From: a virus | Taxonomy: Duplodnaviria > Heunggongvirae > Uroviricota > Caudoviricetes | Length of the DNA: 64,000 nt | Strand: one strand, 5' to 3' | Virus record (IMG/VR): IMGVR_UViG_2695420423_000004 | Part shown: positions 52,780 to 61,446 of the stretch, piece after piece | Position numbering within the stretch: position 1 is the stretch's first letter | Layout: every line of letters starts with the position of its first letter | Position numbers and translations under genes: made by a program | The notes under the pieces: model-generated | What the model saw: the letters and a program-made list of their open reading frames with translations, nothing else | Databases searched by the model: none | Told to the model about the DNA's origin: nothing

Positions 52780-54263
52780 TGGCCAGAAGTTGCGTAACGG
52801 ACCCACGTTGGCGCGAGCTGGTGGCGCTATATCGTTATGACTGGATTGCGGCCGCTGATGTGTTGTTTGGGAAGACACCAACCTGGCAGCAGGATGAGAT
52901 CATTGAGTCCACGCAGCAGGACGGCAGTTGGACAAGTGTGACCTCCGGCCATGGTACTGGTAAATCGGATATGACGAGTATCATTGCAATACTCTTCATC
53001 ATGTTTTTCCCCGGCGCTCGCGTCATTCTGGTCGCTAACAAAAGACAGCAAGTCCTTGATGGTATTTTCAAATACATAAAGAGCAATTGGGCTACTGCTG
53101 TTAGCAGATTCCCGTGGTTGTCGAAGTATTTCATTCTTACAGAAACGTCTTTTTTTGAGGTGACTGGCAAGGGTGTTTGGACAATATTGATAAAGTCCTG
53201 TCGCCCCGGAAATGAGGAGGCGTTGGCTGGTGAACACGCCGATCATCTCTTGTATATCATCGACGAAGCGTCGGGTGTGAGTGATAAAGCATTCAGTGTG
53301 ATAACAGGTGCGCTGACCGGTAAGGATAACCGTATTCTGCTTCTTTCCCAGCCTACGCGACCTTCAGGCTATTTCTACGATTCACACCACAGACTAGCTA
53401 TTCGCCCGGGAAATCCTGATGGATTGTTTACTGCGATAATACTGAATAGTGAAGAATCTCCGCTTGTAGATGCAAAATTTATACGAGCAAAACTTGCGGA
53501 GTATGGCGGTCGTGATAACCCCATGTACATGATCAAAGTACGTGGTGAATTTCCCAAATCTCAAGATGGCTTTCTTCTTGGTCGTGATGAGGTTGAGCGG
53601 GCGACGCGGCGAAAGGTCAAGATTGCCAAAGGATGGGGCTGGGTTGCATGTGTTGACGTTGCTGGTGGCACAGGACGAGATAAGTCCGTTATTAATATCA
53701 TGATGGTGTCCGGCCAGCGAAATAAACGCCGTGTAATCAACTATCGTATGCTGGAATACACAGACGTTACAGAAACGCAGTTAGCCGCCAAGATTTTCGC
53801 AGAATGTAACCCAGAACGGTTCCCGAACATAACCATAGCTATTGATGGCGATGGCTTGGGGAAATCGACGGCTGATCTAATGTACGAACGCTATGGCATT
53901 ACCGTCCAGCGTATCCGCTGGGGTAAAAAGATGCACAGCCGTGAAGATAAAAGCCTTTATTTCGATATGCGCGCTTTCGCGAATATTCAGGCGGCAGAAG
54001 CTGTAAAATCAGGGCGTATGAGGCTTGATAAGGGGGCTGCGACTATAGAGGAAGCATCAAAGATACCGGTAGGGATAAATTCCGCAGGTCAATGGAAGGT
54101 GATGTCAAAGGAAGATATGAAGAAAAAACTCAACCTGCACTCACCGGACCATTGGGATACATATTGTTTCGCTATGTTGGCGAACTATGTTCCCCAAGAT
54201 GAAGTGCTTAGCGTCGAAGACGAAGCGCAGGTTGATGAAGCTCTGGCATGGCTTAATGAATAA
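52779..54263 (+). CDS. pacB: PacB, terminase large subunit
   Basis: 494 aa immediately after pacA. Confidence 0.8.
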
Positions 54264-54288
54264 CAATTTGACCATGCCGGATGGAAAA

Positions 54289-55140
54289 CTATTGCGCGCT
54301 TTCGGGGTTGCTGTTTACTGGCTGCCCCTTCTTAGTTTTACGGCTGCGCGTAACTGATGCGGCTGATTTGACCTTTTTCTCTTCGCGAGTGATGGCAATT
54401 TGTTTTTTTACATTTTCAATATCTGCCAGGCGATATATTTTTGCCTGCGGCCAGCGGTCGCAGATGATCGGTTCTATAGAGTCATAAAGGCTAAATTTTG
54501 CTTTCTCGAATTCACCGTTGATGATGATTCCATCACGGAGAGTTTCATCGCAGATAAACACACCACACAGCGGCACATGGTAACTAACTGATTTACCATC
54601 ATTGTAGTTAGGGCTACTGGAAATGTAATGGACGCGCAGCATTGTTTCGCTAAAGCCGTGTACACGCATACGGAATTTTTCATCCTCCGGGTACTGCTTC
54701 ATTAGCTCTTTTGTTGCTTCCAGGTTCTCTATGTATTTCGCACTGTGCTCATTGATCCCCGCGCTTTTCTGGATGCGAATGTCCTTATCAATCAGATGAA
54801 TAATGCGGCCAGCGGTCATGTTGACGCTGTTCACAGCTTCTGTCTGATAAGTAGTAACCTTACGCACACCGCGAAGGATGTTAGGCACTGGATATAAAAT
54901 AGTCTTTGGGATATTGAGGTCTGGGTACTGTTCCAGTTCCCGCGCCATTAAAGTCCATTTATCAATTTCAGCCTGAATGCTGTCCGTTTCTTTGAACGGC
55001 AGAACGACAACCGGGCGAACAGGACGACCGTCGCTGGCGGCATCAACGTGTTGGGCGCGTGCAACAGCTTTTTTTAGAAAGAGATCCCTGAAGCTGACGA
55101 ACTCCTGGTACAGTTGTTCGCCGTAGACATAATTTATCAT
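54289..55140 (-). CDS. c1: C1 repressor of lysis
   Basis: 283 aa, the size of P1 C1; convergent with pacB; coi and operators upstream; loxP-cre adjacent. Confidence 0.85.
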   Translation of the reverse strand: MINYVYGEQLYQEFVSFRDLFLKKAVARAQHVDAASDGRPVRPVVVLPFKETDSIQAEIDKWTLMARELEQYPDLNIPKTILYPVPNILRGVRKVTTYQTEAVNSVNMTAGRIIHLIDKDIRIQKSAGINEHSAKYIENLEATKELMKQYPEDEKFRMRVHGFSETMLRVHYISSSPNYNDGKSVSYHVPLCGVFICDETLRDGIIINGEFEKAKFSLYDSIEPIICDRWPQAKIYRLADIENVKKQIAITREEKKVKSAASVTRSRKTKKGQPVNSNPESAQ

Positions 55141-55233
55141 TGATCCTCCTCCAGAATTGACATGGCCAACAACTCACAGCGGATTACACTGGGAGTTGTT
55201 GGCCACCATTATAGAAGGATCCAACGAAAATAA

Positions 55234-55250
55234 TAGATTTATTAGTGCAT
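55234..55250 (-). promoter_or_regulatory. C1-operator-like site between coi and c1
   Basis: Reverse complement aatgcactaataaatc, variant of the consensus. Confidence 0.4.
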
Positions 55251-55460
55251 TTATTGTGAGTCTGGCTGGTTAGTGGCCATGAGATATTCGATTGTGTCAG
55301 TGAGATCATCCAGGTCGTCTTGGGTGATGCGGTACTCCTGATTGGATATCTTTGAGTAGTGTTCAGCAATGGCGCGGGCAGCGTCGGTTTCGGCGGGGTC
55401 TACAGATAAAGCGTTAGAGCAATGTCTAACGTCGTCGATGGTTGGTGGAATGAAAGCCAT
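55251..55460 (-). CDS. coi: Coi, C1 inactivator
   Basis: 69 aa, directly upstream of c1 on the same strand. Confidence 0.8.
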   Translation of the reverse strand: MAFIPPTIDDVRHCSNALSVDPAETDAARAIAEHYSKISNQEYRITQDDLDDLTDTIEYLMATNQPDSQ

Positions 55461-55539
55461 AATTATGCCTCACTGTATTGACAACACAGAGCCTGAAGCT
55501 CTGACCTACTGTTTCACCCATGATCCATGCTGGGGTAAT

Positions 55540-55653
55540 CTAACAACATTGCGCTGTGTGTAAGATGAGCAATGCATAGCTGTAATGCCGTTGTATAAGG
55601 TTTCCCTGTTTGCTCATTTCCTTCTGAGCCGCTCTACAACGCTGAAGACACAT
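55540..55653 (-). CDS. small ORF upstream of coi (imc-like by position)
   Basis: 37-aa hand-translated ORF between the operator cluster and coi. Confidence 0.25.
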   Translation of the reverse strand: MCLQRCRAAQKEMSKQGNLIQRHYSYALLILHTAQCC

Positions 55654-55700
55654 TAAATAGTGAATCCAAAGTCGTATTACGAAACGGCGGCAAAACTATA

Positions 55701-55715
55701 ATTTATTAGAGCAAT
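55701..55715 (-). promoter_or_regulatory. C1 operator (Op99-cluster-like)
   Basis: atttattagagcaat is the reverse complement of attgctctaataaat. Confidence 0.6.
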
Positions 55716-55781
55716 TGTCAAACAACTATGAAAAACAATCCAGTTTTTGGCTGGTGGAGTGGGATTTTTCTCTCAAAATTT

Positions 55782-55798
55782 ATTGCTCTAATAATTCT
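55782..55798 (+). promoter_or_regulatory. C1 operator (Op99-cluster-like)
   Basis: attgctctaataattct, 14 of 17. Confidence 0.55.
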
Positions 55799-55841
55799 TG
55801 ATTTTTATGCGCAGCTGGACGTAAACTCCTCTTCAGACCTA

Positions 55842-55875
55842 ATAACTTCGTATAGCATACATTATACGAAGTTAT
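55842..55875 (+). other. loxP: loxP site-specific recombination site
   Basis: Exact ATAACTTCGTATA-GCATACAT-TATACGAAGTTAT. Confidence 0.97.
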
Positions 55876-55889
55876 CTTAAGGGTTATTG

Positions 55890-55970
55890 AACATGATCAA
55901 TTTACCTGTAAATCCATACAGTTCAATACCTTATCAGGTCAAATAGTGATCACTTGATCATTTGATCAAG
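55890..55970 (+). promoter_or_regulatory. cre promoter region with clustered GATC (Dam) sites
   Basis: GATC at 55895, 55948, 55956, 55964 between loxP and cre. Confidence 0.4.
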
Positions 55971-56293
55971 GTTGCGCTACGTAAAATCTGTGAAATGTTG
56001 GCAGTGTTAGTGCTCCAGATTTCGCGTAGCGCACTTAGCACCACCAATCAATCAGAGGTGAAAAATGGGATATTCAGCTGCTAAAGTGTCCACTCATATT
56101 GAGCTTGAGAAAAACCGTGGTTACTGGCGGGCAAAAGGGTTTGATCGTGATAGTTGTCAACTGTCATTATCGCGCGGTGAAGAGAAAATAGAACGCACGC
56201 GCGGTCGCTGGCGTTTCTATGACGAGAACCATAAACAGGTAAAGGCAGAGCCGATCCTGTACACTTTACTTAAAACCATTATCTGAGTGTTAA

Positions 56294-57325
56294 ATGTCCA
56301 ATTTACTGACCGTACACCAAAATTTGCCTGCATTACCGGTCGATGCAACGAGTGATGAGGTTCGCAAGAACCTGATGGACATGTTCAGGGATCGCCAGGC
56401 GTTTTCTGAGCATACCTGGAAAATGCTTCTGTCCGTTTGCCGATCGTGGGCGGCATGGTGCAAGTTGAATAACCGGAAATGGTTTCCCGCAGAACCTGAA
56501 GATGTTCGCGATTATCTTCTATATCTTCAGGCGCGCGGTCTGGCAGTAAAAACTATCCAGCAACATTTGGGCCAGCTAAACATGCTTCATCGTCGGTCCG
56601 GGCTGCCACGACCAAGTGACAGTAATGCTGTTTCACTGGTCATGCGACGGATCCGAAAAGAAAACGTTGATGCCGGTGAACGTGCAAAACAGGCACTGGC
56701 GTTCGAACGCACTGATTTCGACCAGGTTCGTTCACTCATGGAAAATAGCGATCGCTGCCAGGATATACGTAATCTGGCATTTCTGGGGATTGCTTATAAC
56801 ACCCTATTACGTATAGCCGAAATTGCCAGGATCAGGGTTAAAGATATCTCACGTACTGACGGTGGGAGAATGTTAATCCATATTGGCAGAACGAAAACGC
56901 TGGTTAGCACCGCAGGTGTAGAGAAGGCACTTAGCCTGGGGGTAACTAAACTGGTCGAGCGATGGATTTCTGTCTCTGGTGTGGCTGATGATCCGAATAA
57001 CTACTTGTTTTGCCGTGTCAGAAAAAATGGTGTTGCCGCGCCATCTGCCACCAGCCAGCTATCAACTCGCGCCCTGGAAGGGATTTTTGAAGCAACTCAT
57101 CGATTGATTTACGGCGCTAAGGATGACTCTGGTCAGAGATACCTGGCCTGGTCTGGACACAGTGCCCGTGTCGGAGCCGCGCGAGATATGGCCCGCGCCG
57201 GAGTTTCAATACCGGAGATCATGCAAGCTGGTGGCTGGACCAACGTAAATATTGTCATGAACTATATCCGTAACCTGGATAGTGAAACGGGGGCAATGGT
57301 GCGCCTGCTGGAAGATGGCGATTAG
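56294..57325 (+). CDS. cre: Cre recombinase (tyrosine recombinase)
   Basis: 343 aa, MSNLLTVHQNLPALPVDATSDEVRKNLMDMFRDRQAFSEHTWKMLLSVCRSWAAWCKLNNRKWFPAEPEDVRDYLLYLQARGLAVKTIQQHLGQLNMLHRRSGLPRPSDSNAVSLVMRRIRKENVDAGERAKQALAFERTDFDQVRSLMENSDRCQDIRNLAFLGIAYNTLLRIAEIARIRVKDISRTDGGRMLIHIGRTKTLVSTAGVEKALSLGVTKLVERWISVSGVADDPNNYLFCRVRKNGVAAPSATSQLSTRALEGIFEATHRLIYGAKDDSGQRYLAWSGHSARVGAARDMARAGVSIPEIMQAGGWTNVNIVMNYIRNLDSETGAMVRLLEDGD, recognised as Cre. Confidence 0.97.
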   Translation: MSNLLTVHQNLPALPVDATSDEVRKNLMDMFRDRQAFSEHTWKMLLSVCRSWAAWCKLNNRKWFPAEPEDVRDYLLYLQARGLAVKTIQQHLGQLNMLHRRSGLPRPSDSNAVSLVMRRIRKENVDAGERAKQALAFERTDFDQVRSLMENSDRCQDIRNLAFLGIAYNTLLRIAEIARIRVKDISRTDGGRMLIHIGRTKTLVSTAGVEKALSLGVTKLVERWISVSGVADDPNNYLFCRVRKNGVAAPSATSQLSTRALEGIFEATHRLIYGAKDDSGQRYLAWSGHSARVGAARDMARAGVSIPEIMQAGGWTNVNIVMNYIRNLDSETGAMVRLLEDGD

Positions 57326-57342
57326 CCGTTCATTTGCACTTG

Positions 57343-57359
57343 ATTGCTCTAATTATTTG
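57343..57359 (+). promoter_or_regulatory. C1 operator upstream of cra
   Basis: attgctctaattatttg. Confidence 0.5.
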
Positions 57360-57375
57360 ATATTTATGGTGACGC

Positions 57376-57687
57376 ATGCGGAAGGATTTCAAAATAGACG
57401 GAAAATATGTGGTGCTGTCTGTAAGCTCTCAAATTCAGTCACCATCTGTCATTGTCACCGTAAAGTTGAGCGATAGGATGCCTGATATCGACTCGATATC
57501 TGTTGCGTTCCCCGTTAAAAGCATGCGGAGTGCTGAACATTTTGTGATGAATGCAACGGAGGAGGAAGCGCGGCGCGGGCTTACTAGAGTGATGGTGGAA
57601 TTTGGCGAACTCCTGGGTAAGGTAAACAATGCCCTTTCAATCAGTTCAGCAAGATCCAAAGCGTTAACAGCTTCCATGATGAAATAA
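57376..57687 (+). CDS. cra: Cra-like protein (cre-associated, by position)
   Basis: 103-aa ORF directly after cre. Confidence 0.55.
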   Translation: MRKDFKIDGKYVVLSVSSQIQSPSVIVTVKLSDRMPDIDSISVAFPVKSMRSAEHFVMNATEEEARRGLTRVMVEFGELLGKVNNALSISSARSKALTASMMK

Positions 57688-57818
57688 AAAAAGCCTGGCA
57701 AGGAGCCAGGCTGCACAAAAGAGCGGTTTTGTATTCCGCATCCAATCAATCAAGAAGGAGTATAGCACACAGGTACTGAAGTGAAAAAATGTGATTCGCG
57801 ATTAACAAAATATCTACC

Positions 57819-57835
57819 ATTGCTCTAATTGATTG
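57819..57835 (+). promoter_or_regulatory. C1 operator upstream of ref
   Basis: attgctctaattgattg, followed by a second partial copy attgctataat. Confidence 0.55.
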
Positions 57836-57902
57836 CTATAATTAAGCCGCAGTTTTTGTCAACTACGAAGACGTTGCCATTACTTAACTCCTTGACATCA
57901 TT

Positions 57903-57928
57903 GGCGGCCATTAGGCCGCCTTTTTTTT
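57903..57928 (+). terminator. hairpin plus T8 in the ref leader
   Basis: ggcggcc-atta-ggccgcc followed by tttttttt, ending 6 nt before the ref ATG. Confidence 0.5.
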
Positions 57929-57933
57929 GCCAT

Positions 57934-58494
57934 ATGAAAACAATCGAACAAAAACTTGAACAGCGCCGCGAGTGGCAGAAGGCAGCCAGAGAACGAGCGA
58001 TCGCTCGGCAACGGGAAAAGTTGGCTGACCCCGCCTGGCGAGAATCGCAATATCAGAAAATGCGGGATTCTATCGACCGCCGTATCGCTAAACAGAAAGA
58101 GCGCCCACCAGCCAGCAAAACGCGGAAAAGTGCGGTAAAGATAAAATCTCGTGGCTTGAAGGGGCGAACATCGACAGCGGAGGAACGGAGCATCGCCAAT
58201 GCTCTTGGCGCTCTCCCCTGCATTGCCTGCTACATGCATGGAGTAATATCTGAAGAGGTATCTCTGCACCATATCTCCGGTCGTACCGCGCCGGGTTGTC
58301 ACAAAAAGCAATTGCCCCTTTGTAGATGGCACCACCAGCATGCAGCACCGGCTGAAGTAAGAGAAAAATACCCCTGGCTGGTCCCTGTTCATGCCGATGG
58401 TGTGGTTGGAGGCAAGAAAGAATTCACCTTGCTGAACAAGTCAGAGATGGAGTTGCTGGCTGACGCCTATGAGATGGCAAACATCATGCACTAA
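57934..58494 (+). CDS. ref: Ref, recombination enhancement function (HNH-type nuclease)
   Basis: Track ORF 57829..58494; ATG at 57934 (MKTIEQKLEQ...) gives 186 aa; Cys/His cluster CIACYMH...HH...C..HH. Confidence 0.75.
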   Translation: MKTIEQKLEQRREWQKAARERAIARQREKLADPAWRESQYQKMRDSIDRRIAKQKERPPASKTRKSAVKIKSRGLKGRTSTAEERSIANALGALPCIACYMHGVISEEVSLHHISGRTAPGCHKKQLPLCRWHHQHAAPAEVREKYPWLVPVHADGVVGGKKEFTLLNKSEMELLADAYEMANIMH

Positions 58495-58683
58495 TAAATA
58501 TATTATTTTTAATCTGAAATAATTGACAACTGACAAGTGACTTCAGTCAGAATCATCACATGCCCGGTACGGATGGATCCCTTTTCAAATATTCCATGGA
58601 CGGCACAGTCTGAGTACCGGGCGCTACCTTCAGTTGTATTGCTAAGCCGCCGCTGGTGGCTTTTCTTTTTTGTAGGGGGCGCT

Positions 58684-59325
58684 ATGGATAAGAAAATATG
58701 CGTTGTTTCGATGAGCGTCGGCAAACCGGCGTCAATGACTGCTGCATGGATCAACAATGAGCTAATAATGGCTGAGCGGACCAGCTACCCTGAACGCCGC
58801 CGCGATATGGAACTCCAGCTGCTGCGCGAATTGCGAGAAAAAGAGGAAAAGGGTTTTATCGTGCTGGTGGAAGAGGAAAACAGCTTTATTACTGGTCGAG
58901 TTGGCCAGCGTGTAAGGTTGCGCGATCCCTTCATGAACGGCAGGCCGGTACTAATTGAGGCAATGCAGATTTATAAGGAGCTGGAACGCCAGAAAGCAAT
59001 CAAGTTACCGCGCAAGGAATCCGGCAAATACATCCTCCACCAAAGCATCTTCGATTCCGAACACGATAAAAAAGGCGATGAATTTTTCAACATCAACTGG
59101 AGCGAAATAACGACAGAGCATGTTCTGACGTTACTATGTTGCTTTGCGACGGAATACAACAACGTTGCCAGCGCCGACTACATCAGGGCAATGGCTGGAG
59201 AAGTTGAGGCACGCCAGGAACCATCGTTACTAAGCCCTCTGATTAACATAATTCGCGGCACCCAAACGCTGGCACAAAAACAGGTGCCTAAGGGAGTATT
59301 AACAGGAAAAGGAAATTATCTATAA
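58684..59325 (+). CDS. mat: Mat-like particle maturation protein (by position)
   Basis: Track ORF 58537..59325; ATG at 58684 (MDKKICVVSMSV...) with AGGGGG upstream. Confidence 0.55.
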   Translation: MDKKICVVSMSVGKPASMTAAWINNELIMAERTSYPERRRDMELQLLRELREKEEKGFIVLVEEENSFITGRVGQRVRLRDPFMNGRPVLIEAMQIYKELERQKAIKLPRKESGKYILHQSIFDSEHDKKGDEFFNINWSEITTEHVLTLLCCFATEYNNVASADYIRAMAGEVEARQEPSLLSPLINIIRGTQTLAQKQVPKGVLTGKGNYL

Positions 59326-59381
59326 ACGTCAATGCATTAGGGTATACTTCTCCGTAGAACTATAAGTAAATGGAGTAAGTA

Positions 59382-60686
59382 ATGAGCGAGTATATAGAAA
59401 TTGCCTATGCAGCGGCTACACATAGGCTGTGCTTTCTTACAGGCACTGGATTTTCAAAGGCTGTTTCTGATGATAAAGCCCCAAGTTGGCAATCTTTATT
59501 GGAGCAACTGTGCGGTTTATTGAAGGATGGTGACTCACTCAAAGAGGAATTATTTCCTGATGGAAAAGCAAAAGACCTTAGCCTTGAAGAAGCTGCTCAG
59601 GTTATTGCACTAAAATTTATACTTTCGGGGAAAAATATTTACCAAGAGATTGAGAAAATCATAGCCTCAATCGAACTTGATCCATCAATTGAATATATTC
59701 AAGACTTTTTCAAAGAAAACACATTTAAAGTAATTACGACAAATTATGACAAGTTAGCAGAAAAGCTGGCTGGAGAGAATCGAACGTGTACAATCACCCC
59801 CGGCCTGCCAATTCCAAAATATAATTGTGAGGTTAAAGTCTACCATGTTCACGGTTCTATAGACTCCCCATCAGACATGGTTGTTACTAGCGAGGATTAT
59901 TTCAGATTTATAAATGGTAATTCTTACTTTTCTAATAAACTAAGCACAGTTCTACATGAAAACACTATTGTTATCCTTGGCTATTCTCTAAGTGACGCGA
60001 ACCTAAAGGCTATTATAAATGAATATAAGGTATTTTCACGGGACAACGTAATGTCCTCCAATATTTTCCTTGTTTCCCGAGGGGAACTATTGCAACCTAT
60101 TAAAGATTACTATTTTTCCTGCTATGGGGTTAGGGTTATAGATAAAACAGAGGTATCTGATTTCTTTAGAAAACTTAACGATAAAATTCCAGAAGCAAAA
60201 AAAATAAAAGACAAATTGAGGCACTCAATCAAATCGGTAATAAAAAACGGAAGAGAGTATAAAATAGAGTTCTTGAAGCTAGAGGATTCTTTTTATCATA
60301 TCATTTCCTCCATTTCATCATCTGGATATAGCTGGAATAATGAAAATGTATTAAATGTTTTTTGTAATATAATAGATAAAAAAATAGAACTTACTAAAAA
60401 GCCTGGCGCATGGGAGCAGTATGAACACCTGGCAAAATGGCTTATTTATTTCGGTAGTTTATTTGAAGTAAAAGGAACCAATTTTGAGAAAAAATACATA
60501 CATGCGGTTGAACACTCAATGACTTATATGAATAAACCTTACGAAACAGGCTACTCATGGCTAGCATATCTAGCCTGGAAAACAAAATGGCCTTCACTGA
60601 CAGCATCTAACCGCTCTCTTATTAAGAATGAGATGGAAGATATCCCGCTACAACAGATTCACGATATTGTATCTAAGTTTATATAG
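59382..60686 (+). CDS. SIR2-like (SIR2_2-type) domain protein with uncharacterised C-terminal domain; candidate anti-phage effector
   Basis: 434 aa; FLTGTGFS (18-25), ITTNYD (118-123, Asn121), YHVHGS (154-159, His157), ILGYSLSD; AT-rich; GGAG site; occupies the P1 res-mod position. Confidence 0.8.
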   Translation: MSEYIEIAYAAATHRLCFLTGTGFSKAVSDDKAPSWQSLLEQLCGLLKDGDSLKEELFPDGKAKDLSLEEAAQVIALKFILSGKNIYQEIEKIIASIELDPSIEYIQDFFKENTFKVITTNYDKLAEKLAGENRTCTITPGLPIPKYNCEVKVYHVHGSIDSPSDMVVTSEDYFRFINGNSYFSNKLSTVLHENTIVILGYSLSDANLKAIINEYKVFSRDNVMSSNIFLVSRGELLQPIKDYYFSCYGVRVIDKTEVSDFFRKLNDKIPEAKKIKDKLRHSIKSVIKNGREYKIEFLKLEDSFYHIISSISSSGYSWNNENVLNVFCNIIDKKIELTKKPGAWEQYEHLAKWLIYFGSLFEVKGTNFEKKYIHAVEHSMTYMNKPYETGYSWLAYLAWKTKWPSLTASNRSLIKNEMEDIPLQQIHDIVSKFI

Positions 60687-60695
60687 TATATTTAT

Positions 60696-60722
60696 CTCCG
60701 GCCTAATCTCCCTAGGCCGGAG
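60696..60722. terminator. bidirectional terminator between the SIR2-like gene and the lxc-like gene
   Basis: Perfect 10-bp stem ctccggccta / taggccggag with a 7-nt loop. Confidence 0.6.
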
Positions 60723-60727
60723 AGTTC

Positions 60728-60976
60728 TTAATCAGCATTCAGAAGCAATGCGTTATCTATGATGATCTGCTCCCATTCTTCGAATGCCCGGTCGCGGACG
60801 CCCTGGGGAACACTGTTTGTTTTGAAATCGACGACCGTCCGCCATTTCCCGTCCGGACGGTACATGCGCAGAGCTTTACTTCCCCCTTCCCTGCGCACCT
60901 CAACGTTATGCTTGTCAGCAAACTCTTGTAATGCTCGTAGCGTCCCATGCTTTACTGTGTAGTATCGCTTTTTCAA
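60728..60976 (-). CDS. small protein (lxc-like by position and size)
   Basis: 82-aa ORF, 4-nt overlap with the upstream gene; downstream of the darB-like gene as lxc is in P1. Confidence 0.45.
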   Translation of the reverse strand: MKKRYYTVKHGTLRALQEFADKHNVEVRREGGSKALRMYRPDGKWRTVVDFKTNSVPQGVRDRAFEEWEQIIIDNALLLNAD

Positions 60977-61413
60977 GTTTTCTCTCCAGCCTGTGCCAAG
61001 GCTTCAACTTCCAAATCGTAAGACTCAAACTCATAGTCCTGGTCGTCAACTTCTTCAGGCACTGGCAGTAAATGCCAGGCTGAGTATATCTGACCATTAT
61101 CAAAACGCTCCTGGCTGTAGAGCGTCGCGGCTATGAGTGTTAGCGCCGGGCGGTCATAACGGTAAATTTTGCGAACGTCACGGTCAACGAGACGACCGAA
61201 ATTACCATAACCGCGCTCCAGTAATAATTTTTTAATTTCCGGCCAGTATGGACCATAGCTGCGGTACAGGCGGGGATTTTTCAGTAATCGCCCGCGTAGC
61301 CCTGACAGGAAGAAATCAACGTATTCGTCTTCTGTCTTTCCTAACAACGCTGTACGGAGTACCGCCTCAAGATATGTTTTATTCGGTTTTATTGTATCAG
61401 ATAGTGTGGCCAT
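60973..61413 (-). CDS. small protein (ulx-like by position)
   Basis: 146-aa ORF between the darB-like gene and the lxc-like gene. Confidence 0.4.
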   Translation of the reverse strand: MATLSDTIKPNKTYLEAVLRTALLGKTEDEYVDFFLSGLRGRLLKNPRLYRSYGPYWPEIKKLLLERGYGNFGRLVDRDVRKIYRYDRPALTLIAATLYSQERFDNGQIYSAWHLLPVPEEVDDQDYEFESYDLEVEALAQAGEKT

Positions 61414-61446
61414 ATTATGCGACGCCCGGCGAACCGGGCGCTCCTG

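Noticed and set aside
56065-56286. 73-aa ORF between loxP and cre
   Set aside because: It sits in the known cre promoter/leader region, has no equivalent gene in P1 as far as I recall, and the spacing loxP-to-cre matches P1 without it; probably not coding.
59326-60727. A type III res-mod pair or a partner gene (TIR, HerA, Argonaute) for the SIR2-like protein
   Set aside because: The interval is fully occupied by the single SIR2-like ORF and its terminator; no second ORF of useful size on either strand.
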